This document shows positions 11,560-23,286 of a stretch of DNA of 64,000 nt, in pieces (position 1 is the stretch's first letter; every line of letters begins with the position of its first letter). Source of the DNA: Oculina patagonica (taxonomy: Eukaryota); assembly GCF_052425735.1 (NCBI RefSeq), contig NC_135767.1, positions 6,386,001 through 6,450,000 on the forward strand, given 5' to 3'. The notes under the pieces were generated by a model, which had not been told where the DNA came from, did not search any database, and saw nothing but the letters and a program-made list of their open reading frames with translations. The translations under genes were made by a program, and so were the position numbers.

Positions 11560-14500
11560 GCCCACCAAAAACGGATCACAGTTCTGGAAACCGAATTCAG
11601 TACCAAGGAAACGAAATTACAAGAACAGGTAAATTACCTTTTTTACATTTCTCATGTGTTTCATTAAGCCTGGTTTTAATTTTGTTGAGGCTGCTTTTCA
11701 ATCTACCCTAATTACTCGAAGCGACTATTTAATGAAAAGTTTTTGAGCGATTTTTGATTGAGTGACATAAAACCAAAACCAAAGTAAAGACTTTGGCCAA
11801 TTACAAAAGACATAGACAATCCAGTGAACCAATCAAAACTCGAAGCAATTGCTTGTAGCTGACACGAAGCGCGGGAAAACGCATGTGAGTGAGTCACGAT
11901 TGATTTTAGTCTCAGTTCTGATTGGTTCCGAAAAGTGTGCGAGTGTTTTAAGGCCCCGTCCACACTGACCCAGATAAATTTAAAAACGCATCTTTTTTCC
12001 CCGGTTAACCCAACCGTTCACACTGAATCGGCGTTTTCGGTCACCGAAAACGGGGCTTTTCAAAAACGCTCACCAATGAAGCGTACCGTTTTCAAATTTA
12101 CCCGGGTTAATGTGGACGGAAAACATTTTACGCGGCGTTTTCAAATTTCTTCGTTTTCAAATTTACCCGGATCAGTGTGGACGGGGCCTAAGTTAATCAC
12201 AAAGCACATCAATGCAGGATCAAAGCAAACGCGAATTACTTCGACATTCAATTGAAAATTGCTCTAATAGTCGTTGTGTATACTATATTTAAACCGTCAG
12301 CTACACATGTTAGATTTCAATTGGGTGTCGTAAAACCAGTAACAAAGTAATTTTAATGGCGAATCACAACAAACATGAAGAACACATTGAACCAATGACA
12401 GCTGGAAGAAAATACGCGCAACTGGCTCCAAGCGCGGGAAAACGCACGTGACCAAGTCGTGAATAGTTCTGGTCTTGCATCTGATTGGTTGACTTAGTTT
12501 TCAATCTTACGACCTGGGTTTCCACGGGAGTTCCTTGCCACGGCCAGGTGGATCAGCCATATTTTACATCGGCCGTTGTTTTTATCGATCAATTGAGTGT
12601 TGAAGGTAATACGGATGTACTTTGGTTTTGCTCTACTACGCTCAGCGATTGGTTCAAAATCTTGCGCCACCTGATTCTCCTTTCTGAAAACTACACCTTT
12701 CTTTTCGTGTTAGTTCTCAGAATTTGGGTGTTACATTAAGATAGTAGCTATCGCAGTATCATTTGAGGATTACTTTAACAACTGTTAAGATCATTTTGGC
12801 TTATACCTTTTTTGATCTTATTTTGTTTAAAAGCTTGCTGAGCAAGAAAAAATTGCTGGTGAACTGCAAACTTCTTTAGAGCAAAAGGATGAGAGAATGA
12901 ACGGAATGCAGAGAAAAATTGAGGTAGGTGATTTGCTGAAAAAAAAAACTGTTGGTATCGTTGAATTTTTTAAAAATAGATGGGAACAACATTTTGAGAA
13001 GATTAAGTATATGCTAGCTAGATCATAGTGAAACTAACAGCATTGGTGATTTTATAGAATAGCACTCAACAAATAAAGGCCAACCAACCAAAATGAGGAA
13101 CAATTTCTTGCAAGTTGTAACAACTCGTAAGAGAAGTAGACATGAGCTTAACTTTGTACAACTTGTTGCCGCGATCTACAATACGGGAGTAAGGCCAAGG
13201 CCAAACATCGAACTTCACATGAGATGAACTAAATTGCAATTTTTTTCGACCCAAACAGGTAAAGCTTGACCGTTGGGTCAAACGTCGAAAATAATTCGTC
13301 AAACCGACCGTCGAACCAAATTCAGAGCAGCGAGAACGACTATTTCGAGGCTAAAATTTAATTAAGATACAAATTTGAAATTTATTTATTTAGTTCGTTT
13401 CATGACAAAGATCGACGTTTGTCCCACAGTCGATCTTCACACGTTCTATCCCTCTGAAGCAAACGGATAGAACATGTTGGTCGATCTTAATTCATTCGGG
13501 CGAACTCAACTAAGTCAAATATCGAACTTATCATCAACTTAAGTCGCTCAGTTTAGTTGGTTTCATGTGAAGTCCGACGTTTGGCCCGGGTCTAATACCC
13601 GTAAAAGCCCTTTTCAACTTGTCATGCAACATTGTGGCAACATTGTTGAAATTCGCGTGGTTATAATGGTGGCGAAGATGGAAATCTGTGCTTTTACTGT
13701 AATACTGGATTTTATTTATCAATTGTAATTTTACTTTAGTTATTTTACTGTTTTTGTTTATTACAGGTTTTGGAGGAAGAGGTTAAAAAAGAATGTGCAA
13801 GTTGCAAGAATTACGAAGCACAACTTTGTAAAATGCAAAAAGCTTCTAAGGTAAAGTGACTACTGAACAACCCTGTCTCGCTAATCATATATGCAGTTTG
13901 CTACAATAGTTGTATCGCTTAAATTGTTTCAATAACTGTTAATAGTCGCAAATCCTAGTCGAGGTAACTAAGTGCTTTCGATCTCCTATTAAAGGGACTA
14001 TTTCACGGATTTTAGCCAAATTTAGGCATGGGAAATGACCATCAAATTCGGTGAAATACAAAAATAACCGTTTAAAACAGTAAATGAACATTTCACTGAC
14101 ACAGCAAAGAAGGTACGGATGGACAAAAGCGACGAAGATTGAAACGGATTGTGATTGGGTTTACGAAATACTGTTGGGCTGAACAGTTTTCAAAGACAAT
14201 CTCGGTTGCTTGTAACTTTAAGTTATAACGCCCGGGAGATACATTTGGTTGTAATGAAGCTATGATTTTGTCGTTTAACTCATAGAAGCAATTTCTTTGG
14301 AAACATTAAGGTTCATAGCGAGTATTTGGCAAAACTTAATAAAATAAACTTAACTCAGCCGTGACACAGGTCTTTAACAAATCGAAAATGGCGTTACCAC
14401 TTCAAATCTTCTATCTTGTCACGCAAGTTCGTCACCACAGAAGTATAAATATTGCGTGACACAAGATTGGACGCGTGCGAACCAGTCAGGGTTGAAATAC

Positions 14501-17497
14501 ACTTTTACATTTAAATCCCGTTGCTTAGCAGCGTTACGTATTATTGTTGCATCATACTGACGTGACTGTTTTCGGAGTATTAGCGATGTTCATGTTAGTT
14601 GTTGATTGGACAACAAAAGTCGGAAACTGCTTGGGTACTTCGGGAAACGCCGTTTGTTCGTCGGTTGAAATCGTGTTATTGTTATGGCACAAAACAGTTC
14701 TCATGCTCATAGCTGAGGTGTCTCGATTTTGCTCACAGGAACAACAAGAGAAAATAACTCGACTTGAGAAGGAACATGAAGATGCTCGAAGCGATATCAA
14801 GGTAACGTTATTAAAAAAAAATGTCAAACGCATTAAGACGGAATCCGTTAGTAAATCGAGTAATATTAAATTTGGTTGGACAAAAATCGAGTACCAGAAT
14901 AATTTAAATCCTATTGCGTTATTTTCTACACTTTTTAAAAGCTAAAGATGTAAGTATTAATCCGTGATAACACCAACAACAATTTCTTATCACAGCCTGA
15001 GAAAATGAATTTCACAAGAACCATGTAAACTATAAGTAAAATTTCAGGTGTAGCTATTTGATTCAATGGAATTCAGTGGAACTTCGAAATTTGTTTTTGG
15101 TGTTGTTAGAAATGATATTTTTTTATAGGATATTTATACGATTTTGTTTCTCCGTTTACTTCTTAGTTTTAGCTTAAATTGATAAAATATTTCAAACACC
15201 CAAACACCTCAAAGTTCGTCAAAAATAATGCGTTTCATGTCGCATTTTTGTTAAAAACAATTGGTACTGAAATGCGATGAAACACTCTCTCTTGTGTTTG
15301 TTATATAACGAGAAAAGCCTGCTATCTTTAATCCCCCCTTTCCAAAAATGTAAATATGAAAATTTGAATAGATAAAAACATTGCTTAATTGGTAGCCGGT
15401 TTTTTCGTTTCCAGGACCTTCAGAGCCAAGTCACAGCTGGAGAGGAGGAACTGGGGCAAGTTAAGAGACAAGCGGAAGAAACCGAGGGCAATTTGAGGCA
15501 AACTGTAGAACAGCTCAATGAAGTAAGTTTGTTGTTCATAATCCGTCTCAATCTTATTCATCCTTGTTTCTTTTCAGTTTTTTATTACTTCTTTGTTGTT
15601 TTTCTACCTTAATAAACTGTTATTTTGAAGTTTTCTTCAAAATGAACATAAATTTGTACTTGTTCTTAAAATTTGTGTTCCCAACCGTATTTGAAAGTAT
15701 GGTCGTGAGAAGACCAGACACTATAGGACTGTTTTATAGTTTTTAGCGAAGCGAAACGTCTTTTATTACTTTCGCTAATTTATGTATTGAAAATTTAGAG
15801 CAATGTATCAAAAAGGTAAAAACTTAAGATCTTCCTATTTCTTTAACTGACATTTTTTTCTTCTTGCCAGGCAAAGAATTCGTTAGAGACACAAGTATTG
15901 AATCTGGATGGCGAGTTGAGGGCTGCACGGGAACAAACACAGAAAACAAAAGAAGAAAAGGTATAGTATTTGATTTGGAGGGAAGTAACCGGCTAAGAAA
16001 ATTCACTAATAATTATGTAGTAGTAACGCTTAGGGGATGTTTTAATTAACCAATTTTTATTTGTCAGGATTCCCTTGAACAAGAATTAGAGAGTCAAAGA
16101 GATGCTTTTAATGGGCTAAGGTAACTAAAATACTACGGTCAACTCTCTCTAAAACGGACACCGTCGGGACCGGCTTCAACTGTCTGTTTTAGAGAGGTGT
16201 CCGTCTTATAGGGAGTTTAGTTACAGTAAAGTGACTGAAAACGGCAAGGACGGGACCAACACTAGGTGTCCGTCTTATAGAGGTGTCCGTTGAGAGAATT
16301 GACTACCAATATATCTATCATGCACAGTCCTAGAAACAATTCGTTTTGAAACGAAACGAAACCACATTATTTCACTCCGACTTGCTTGCGGTTAGCTTTT
16401 ACTCCGTACCCCGCTTTGCTTGCGGCTAGTTTCACCCGGTTTGCTTGCGGTTAGCTTTTATTTGTTGGTTAGGGTTTCGTTCCGTGTTTTAGTACATGCC
16501 GTTCTTGATGTACCTTGTCTGTATGGCATGCAGATAGTGAAGGCACGAAGTGGTATGAAAAGGGGCTATAAAAAGGTTGGGTGACTGTCAAAAGTATAAT
16601 CATTTGAAACCCATGCACGGGTTAAATTTCAATTCTTTATGTTTGGTTTGGATGGAAGAGACAAAAACAGACATAAACCTTATTGTTACTTAATTTCGCG
16701 GGACTTAATTTTTTGCGATTTAAAATCGCGAAATTAAAAACCCGCGAAAACCTTTTTTAACGTTTTTAACGTATTTTAATGCTTTTAACGTATTTTTTGG
16801 CTAAATCGCGAAAGTTAAGTCCCGCGAAATATGCCCGTTGCATTTTCGCGAAATAAAGTTCCCGCGAAAATAAGTTACAATAACCTAGAAGGAACACCAT
16901 TGACTAATTTCTAAACTTGATTGTTCAGTGAAATCCAGCCTTACAACAACCCGTTAACACGACCACCCCCTTTTTTATGACTATTTCTTTTTGCCCAAAT
17001 AAAAGTTATCACTAATTTTCTTATTTAAAAACCCCTTAAATACAACCATCGCGTTTATACCATCGCGCATAGAGTCGACCTCTAATAGTATTAAACTTGA
17101 ATGTCATCTGCTGTAGCTCACGCAAAACTGGGATCAAGCACGAGTATTAGTAGTAGAAGTCTATATTAACAATAAATGATACAAAAGCATTAGCTTAGAA
17201 TTTGTTACGAACTTTAAAGTGCTTGGAAATTTATTATTTTCCTATCTTTTAGAGTTTCATTGCAAACAAGAATAGCAGAGGTAGAGAAAACCCTCGCAGC
17301 AGAACAAGAAGCCAAGGAGAAGGTAAAGAATGTTTGGCAACTTTTTGTTGTTGTTGTTTTTAGTCCCAGCCAATGAAAAAGACAGGAAAGGTATTGTGCA
17401 CACTTACATTTCCATCTGTCGGCTCTAATTAGCTTCTCCGCCCTTTAATCTGGACTGACTGACTGACTGACGGACGGACGGACGAACTGACTGACTG

Positions 17498-17529
<32 letters not shown>

Positions 17530-17545
17530 ACTGACTGACTGACTG

Positions 17546-17577
<32 letters not shown>

Positions 17578-20500
17578 ACGGACAGGCGGGCTGGCTGGCT
17601 GGATGGATGGATGGATGGATGGATGGATGGATGGATGGATGGCTGGCTGACCGATTGACTGACTGACTTGCTAACTCGCTAACTGACTGACTGACTGACT
17701 GCCTGACTGATTTACACTTATTGACTTTTGGATTGCTGCTTCAACGAAATTTGTTTACTAATTCTTCCAAACTTAAGTAGCTTGATGTTAACTTGTGCAT
17801 ATTTTTTATTTGTTTTATGACCGCGGAGCATTTTTCCAATTTGGGGGGGGGGGGGGGCTGACTAGTGACTTGAAGTGGGAGGCTTTTGAGACTTTTCCCT
17901 TAGAAAGTCTTTCTCTTTTCGGAAATATTCGGGTGGCTAAGCCCCCCCCCGGCTCCGTGGTCCCTGGGTTCCCCCCCCCCCCACTCCGCGGTCCCTGGTT
18001 TATCACAGTGGTGTTGAGAAAACCTAATGCAAACCATTGCAAACTATTTAACCGTCCAAACAGACAGCGTGTTACATGATTGTTATATTAGCGGAGCTCC
18101 ACAGCGGCCCGCAGGGCCGCAGAGCGGAGCCCCATACCCATAGAAAATTCACAGAAATAGGAAAACCATGAACTTGAGTTTTCATGGTCATAATGGCTAG
18201 CGGCATGGCTCGCGGGCGCGTACGGCGTCGTACGTACGGTGTTGCTCACTTCAGAAATAGATAAACACTCATCTATTTGTTACTGGGCATCCAAGTTATG
18301 GTCAATTGACAGCTGTCAATACAAGGTATCCGCTGACCAGTATCACGTGATCATATCACGGGCTCAGGTGTATAACTCATCGAGGTAACGCGTTTTTATA
18401 AAGTTGACCGCTGACCGAAAAATGGTTTTTCTATTGGATTGCGGGCTCATTAACTATTTTTTATGCCTACGGTCAGTGAATTCAGATATTTTAATAAAGG
18501 GCAAAGTAAATTACCGGGGAGCTCCGCTTTTAGGCTTGGCTAAATCTATTTAATATAAATGCTTTTCTTGTATATCAAAGGCGCTGCAAGAGGCTCAAGA
18601 GAAACAGCAGCTTCTTATCAAGCAAAAGTTAGAGCTGGAAAACAAACTAAACAACACTGAAAAAGGACTCAAAAAGGTGAGCATGAAGCAGTTTGAATTT
18701 CAACGTATCTTGATAACAGGAAAATTTGGGATTTATGTTTTCATTTAGAACTTAGATACTCGTAAGAGTAAAAATGAAAGCCGGACGTTTTTCTCGCCGT
18801 TGAGCTATGCAAGAAGTTGTGTTACGCCAATGAATAAATTGTTGTTTCTTGTAGGAAGTAATTTTGTTATAGATTGTTAAAGTTTTTGTTTTCACCATTG
18901 CCAGTCTTTAGAGGAACACGAAGAAACTAAAGAGGTGTCCAAACGAGTTCAACTGTTACTGAAGGAAGAAACTGCAGCCGTGCAAACTAAACTGGTAAGA
19001 AGTTTCCTTCTATTTGTTTATTTTCTTTTTGGTACATAACTATGTAATACATTTTTAACGACAACAATATAGCGCATGCTTTCTGAAATGCTGATGCCCG
19101 CTGTCCATTGACCCGCGGGCACTTTGCCTTTTGTTGGCAAAAGCTTAATCTGAGGTCTATCGAATTCAAGCATATTTCAGAAATACACTGACGTGAGACG
19201 TCCACAAATCGGCAGTTGTCAAGGACAAATGCACGCGAAAGGGATTACCTATAGAATCGCTTATTTTTCAACATTTTTTAGCGAGTTTCTCGATATTAAT
19301 TATTAGTATATTTCAAACAGTGGATAGCGTATTTGGCGCGCGCTGATTGGCTAGTTAAACTCCGAATATTCTTTACCTCCGAGCAAAGCGCGCGAGAAAA
19401 TTGTAATCTTTGACAGGAATTAACTCGTCATAAATCATCCTTTCGGTTTATATTATCTCACTGTTTTAGTCTGCACTATAACAAGTATTCACCTCCACTT
19501 TGGTGAATAGTTCTTAAAAAGCTAATTTAAAAAGAAGAACCTGGCAAAGGTTGGTTATTTAGAGATAAGACTTGTTTCACAGCAGCTCTGGCAGTCAAAA
19601 GGCTAGCTTGCTGAAAGAAAATGATAAAACATTTACTAGGCTCTTTTTGCCGATTTAAACAGCCTGTGAGCAATAACGCTAATACCGTTGTTTGTTAACA
19701 GGCGACGTAAGGTTCGAAAGTTCGTTTGCTTTCAAGAACAAAAACGCCTTAACTGTTTACAGCCAAACGTCTTTCTCATTCAAGAACGCTGCATTTTCAG
19801 GCAAACGAAACGCAAGAGCTTGAAGAGCTTAAAAAGAGCAAGGAACAAACCGAAGCGAGGCTCAATATTCAGATTTCATCACTAAACGAGAACCTCACGG
19901 CAGCGAGGACTGAGGCCGAGAAATTCCAACAGCAGACGAGAGAGACTGAGGCAAAAGTCACAGCAGCCGAGAAACGAAATGACGAATTAAAAGGAGAAAT
20001 TGCTGGTGAGTGGATGACAGTAAGAAATTGCAGTTTGTTAATGAAGATGCCTTTGGAATTAGACCATTTACCATGAATGATTTTATTTTCGTTTCTTTAC
20101 TTAGTTTTGGAAGCAACTGTTCAGAATAATCTGGACGAGAGAAGAAAACTACTTGAAAGGTATGTGTCATGAAGTTACTAACTGTTCTCTAAACTCAGTT
20201 CATGAAACTAGATGAGAGGTAGACAACTGGTGACAACTTATACTACGTAGTGGCAGAAAACAGCACTTTGGGCTTTGGTCATGCATAGAACAGCACTTCG
20301 CTAACGCAAAGAGTAGAGAAAATACGCAAGAAAGGGTATTTTATTCGAGAAAGGTTAGTGTTTTCTCGCCAATAATATTGATGAACCCGGCAGCTGGTGT
20401 CACGCAAATTGTCACGATTGCGTGACGAATCAGAAGAAAAATCGGGTCAAAGTTCGTGGGAAAATTCGACTCCATACTTCCAAGTAGGGTCCGGTTGTTC

Positions 20501-23286
20501 AAAGAGTGGATAACGCTATCCACCCGGATAAATCGTTATCTCGATTATATCTGGTGGATAAGTGTCGCAAAACAATCTACGCTATTCATTGGATAGTGAT
20601 TTATCCTTTAGATAGCGTTATCCATCCTTTGAACAACTGGAGCCAGATCTATCCTTCAAATTTGAACAGTGAAGTCTTTTTCCAGGTTTGTGAACTGTAG
20701 ATCTTCCAGTAGCAACGATTTTTGTTTGTGGAATAAGTCGTAAACTGGTGTGTCTGCTTTTTGTTGTTCTTTAGATGTGTCGCTGGGGACGAGGTGTTAG
20801 AAAAACAGAAAAAAGAAAACGCTGAGCTGAAGAGGAAAGTGGAGAATGCACAAGCAGCGATGATGGAACTGACGCAGGAGAATCAGTCGTTACAGGTATA
20901 ACGAAAAACGAGTAGTAAGGTATAGACGAATGCTTCTTGACAGTGTTTTCAGACTTACATAAAGCGGTTTTCCGTTTGCATGCAACTTGTGCCAAGTGCA
21001 GGAAAACATACAGCTTGTGCCAAGTGCAGAAAAACATACAGCTTGTGCCAAGTGCAGGAAAACATACAGCTTGTGCCAAACGTGGGAAAACACGCAACCG
21101 GTGCCAAGCGCGGGAAAACACGCAGCCGTACCAAGCGCGGGAAGACACAAGCCAGTGCTAAGCGCGGGAAAACATGCAACCGGTCCCAAGCGCGGGAAAA
21201 CACGCAACTGGTCCCAAGCGCGGGAAAACACGCAGCCAGTACCAAGCGCGGGAAAACAAGCAGCTGGTGCCAAGCGCAGAATACATGCAACCGCTGCACA
21301 GAGCAGGAAAACATACAGCTTGTGCCAAACGTGGGAAAACACGCAACCGGTGCCAAGCGCGGGAAAACACGCAGCCGTACCAAGCGCGGGAAAACACAAG
21401 CCAGTGCTAAGCGCGGGAAAACATGCAACCGGTCCCAAGCGCGGGAAAACACGCAACCGGTCCCAAACGCGGGAAAACACGCAGCCAGTGCCCGGCAAGC
21501 GCGGGAAAACCAGCAGCTGGTGCCAAGCGCAGAATACATGCAACCGCTGCACAGAGCAGGAAAACAGGCAACTTTTGCCAAGCGCGATCAAAGAGTAAAA
21601 TAGGTGATGTTGGTTTTGTTTTTGATCGGCTGAAAATTATAGCATGCTTGTTTTGATTGGCCGCCGCATTTGCGATTTGAGATTTTTTCACCAAACCTCT
21701 AATCTAAAGCCTAAGTTCGAGACCAAAAAGAGCAGAACAAAGATCATTAGTTTTACTTTACATTCACATTTTCAGATTTTAAATAATCAGAAGAACGCAA
21801 GGAGATGGGAAAGCGATGCTGACGTCTCAACTTGCAAGGGCTGTGAAAGACTGTTTTCGATGACGATCAGAAAGGTTGGTTCGATCTTTAGCAGCGTTGC
21901 TCATCTCTTTTTATGTGTCTTGTTCAATCGTAAAAAGCCCGTAGTTGTATACAGCTTGTCAAAGAAGTTTCTATTTCGTTGTTTTATTATTTTTGGCGCT
22001 CCTCAAATCAGCTGACATTCACGCCTCATTTGCTCTCTTTTCTAATCTATTTCTTTTTTTTTTTTCTTTTTTCAGCACCACTGTAGAAATTGCGGGTAAA
22101 TAGATCACCTTTTTGTATATTTTACATACATTAATATTTGTACGATCACATCTTTTCTCTTCCTCGGAGACCCAGGAGCAGTAAGTGGGGGCGACGGGCA
22201 GCTTATCGGGACGACGGGATTTTCGGGCGAAAGTTTACAAGACTCTTGTAAACTTTCGCCCGAAAATCCCGTCGCCCTCACTAACTGACCCTGGGTCTCC
22301 GAGGATGATCTTTTCTTTTCACTTTCTGGTTTTCGCAGGAAAGTTTAGATAGTTATTGCTGGAATAAATTGCCGAAAAATTGTTGAAAGTAATCTCTGAA
22401 GTGAAATAATTGTTGAAAACAAAGGGAAAATAGTAGTAATCTTGATTAAAAAAATTGGATTTTACATTTCCCACGGTCCGCCATTTTGGATCTTATGACG
22501 TCATCCAGTTCCCCTTTATTACGTAGCAACGAGCAAAGGAACTATTTTCTGATAATAGGAACACGTGACTTGACGCCATTAGATCCGAAATGGCGGCGTG
22601 AGGTTTAAGAATTTTTTTTACAACCTGTCGTAATTTTCTGTTTTGTTTTCTCTCCCCCACAGGTTAATTTACTGTGGTGATTGTACGTCCAAAAATGCGC
22701 CGCTTACGTCGAACAAGAAACCTGTACGAGTGTGTGACAAGTGTTTCGACGAAGTCACGTCGGGCACAGCTAAAGTGAGTTTAACGGTAACCCTTCTTAG
22801 CTGCTTAGGCCCATCGTTCCAAATGGAGCATAGGCTATTGACAACAGCGCGCCAGCGAGCTCGACCTTGGGCTTTTCGCACAGCTTCCTGCCAGGTGTAA
22901 CCCATCATCCTAATCTCTGCATCTGTGTCGCGTCGCCAGCTGTTTGTGGGTCGTCGCTTCCTTCTCTTCCCCTGGGGGTTTCAGGTCAGGGACTGGCGAG
23001 TGTTGTTACTTTCTTTTTAAAATCTGTCTGCCTACTGGTTCTTGATCTCCTCGCTGCCATAGCTCTTCATAACGAATTTTTCAGGTCACCACGCCGTACG
23101 ATCAAGGATTAATAGTTATTTTGTTAAAAAGGGCAAATTTTCATTATTTTCATTGAGCGTTTGAATTCCACGTTATTTTGAGCTGTATAAATGTCTTAAG
23201 CAGTGCTCACGTACCGAGATTTTAACTTAATATTGTTTTTTGTTTTTCAGTCATACTCGCTCACCCCAAACCAAGGCTTTAGCTGA
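11560..23286 (+). CDS. EEA1: Early endosome antigen 1-like protein (coiled coil + C-terminal FYVE), 3' 17 coding exons, ~486 aa, 5'-incomplete
   Basis: Frame-consistent GT-AG exons: 11560-11628, 12834-12923, 13767-13850, 14739-14801, 15415-15522, 15871-15960, 16068-16120, 17253-17322, 18581-18676, 18905-18994, 19801-20005, 20105-20159, 20775-20895, 21776-21874, 22076-22095, 22663-22774, 23251-23286 (TGA). The translation includes LNENL...[28 protein letters not shown]...ENQSLQ and a FYVE domain [32 protein letters not shown]. This matches the EEA1 C-terminus as I recall it. Confidence 0.88.
11745..12267. mobile_element. Older MITE-like repeat (CCAAT/GCGCGGGAAAA family) interrupted by a younger MITE
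   Basis: Degenerate inverted ends gagcgatttttgattgagtg...cattcaattgaaaattgctcta. Related copies lie at ~12315-12490 and ~60600-60720. Confidence 0.6.
11952..12188. mobile_element. PIF/Harbinger-type MITE
   Basis: TIR GGCCCCGTCCACACTGA...TCAGTGTGGACGGGGCC, flanked by TAA on both sides (11949-51, 12189-91). Confidence 0.85.
13197..13586. mobile_element. MITE with terminal inverted repeats
   Basis: ggccaaacatcgaacttcacatga ... tcatgtgaagtccgacgtttggcc. Confidence 0.65.
13993..14373. mobile_element. Non-autonomous TTAA-flanked DNA transposon (Kolobok-like)
   Basis: TTAA|AGGGACTATTTCACGG...CCGTGACACAGGTCT|TTAA. Same family as 41623-42015 and 42784-43111, which are in the opposite orientation. 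Confidence 0.7.
16135..16306. mobile_element. Tc1/mariner-like MITE
   Basis: ta-cggtcaactctctctaaaacggacacc...ggtgtccgttgagagaattgacta with internal GAGGTGTCCGTCTTATAG repeats. A related copy lies at ~41398-41610. Confidence 0.6.
16677..16886. mobile_element. Palindromic MITE (TTCGCG/CGCGAA-rich)
   Basis: ttattgttacttaatttcgcggga ... tcccgcgaaaataagttacaataa inverted ends. Confidence 0.65.
17452..17710. repeat. Compound tetranucleotide microsatellite (GACT)n/(GACG)n/(GGAT)n
   Basis: Directly visible. Confidence 0.95.
20488..20647. mobile_element. MITE with GGATAA/TTATCC internal repeats
   Basis: ggtccggttgttcaaag ... ctttgaacaactggagcc inverted ends. Confidence 0.65.
20980..21586. repeat. 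Intronic minisatellite, unit ~28 bp (CCAAGCGCGGGAAAACACGCAACCGGT-like), with a 249-bp higher-order duplication
   Basis: Directly visible. aacatacagcttgtgccaaacgtggg recurs at 21061 and 21310. This repeat explains the stop-free ORFs in all six frames. Confidence 0.93.
22159..22307. mobile_element. Hairpin (foldback) MITE with a ~9-bp TSD ATCTTTTCT
   Basis: TCCTCGGAGACCCAG...CTGGGTCTCCGAGGA ends. Central perfect arms GATTTTCGGGCGAAAGTTTACAAGA-C-TCTTGTAAACTTTCGCCCGAAAATC. atcttttct occurs at 22150-58 and 22308-16. Confidence 0.8.
22795..22995 (-). mobile_element. 3'-terminal fragment of an RTE-clade LINE
   Basis: The minus-strand translation has PQGKRG and then, across a frameshift, [26 protein letters not shown]. 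This resembles the W...AQDR..WR..V..LC C-terminus of RTE ORFs. Confidence 0.7.

Noticed and set aside
20771-21694. Long ORFs in all six frames; superficially CRISPR-like regular repeat
   Set aside because: A stop-free minisatellite in an EEA1 intron. The 'spacers' are variants of one unit rather than unique sequences, there are no cas genes, and the context is eukaryotic.
11560-23286. Alternative assignment as RUFY, FYCO1 or Rabaptin
   Set aside because: The pre-FYVE segment ([22 protein letters not shown]...ENQSLQ) and KKPVRVCD are EEA1-characteristic. No RUN or GOLD domain was seen.
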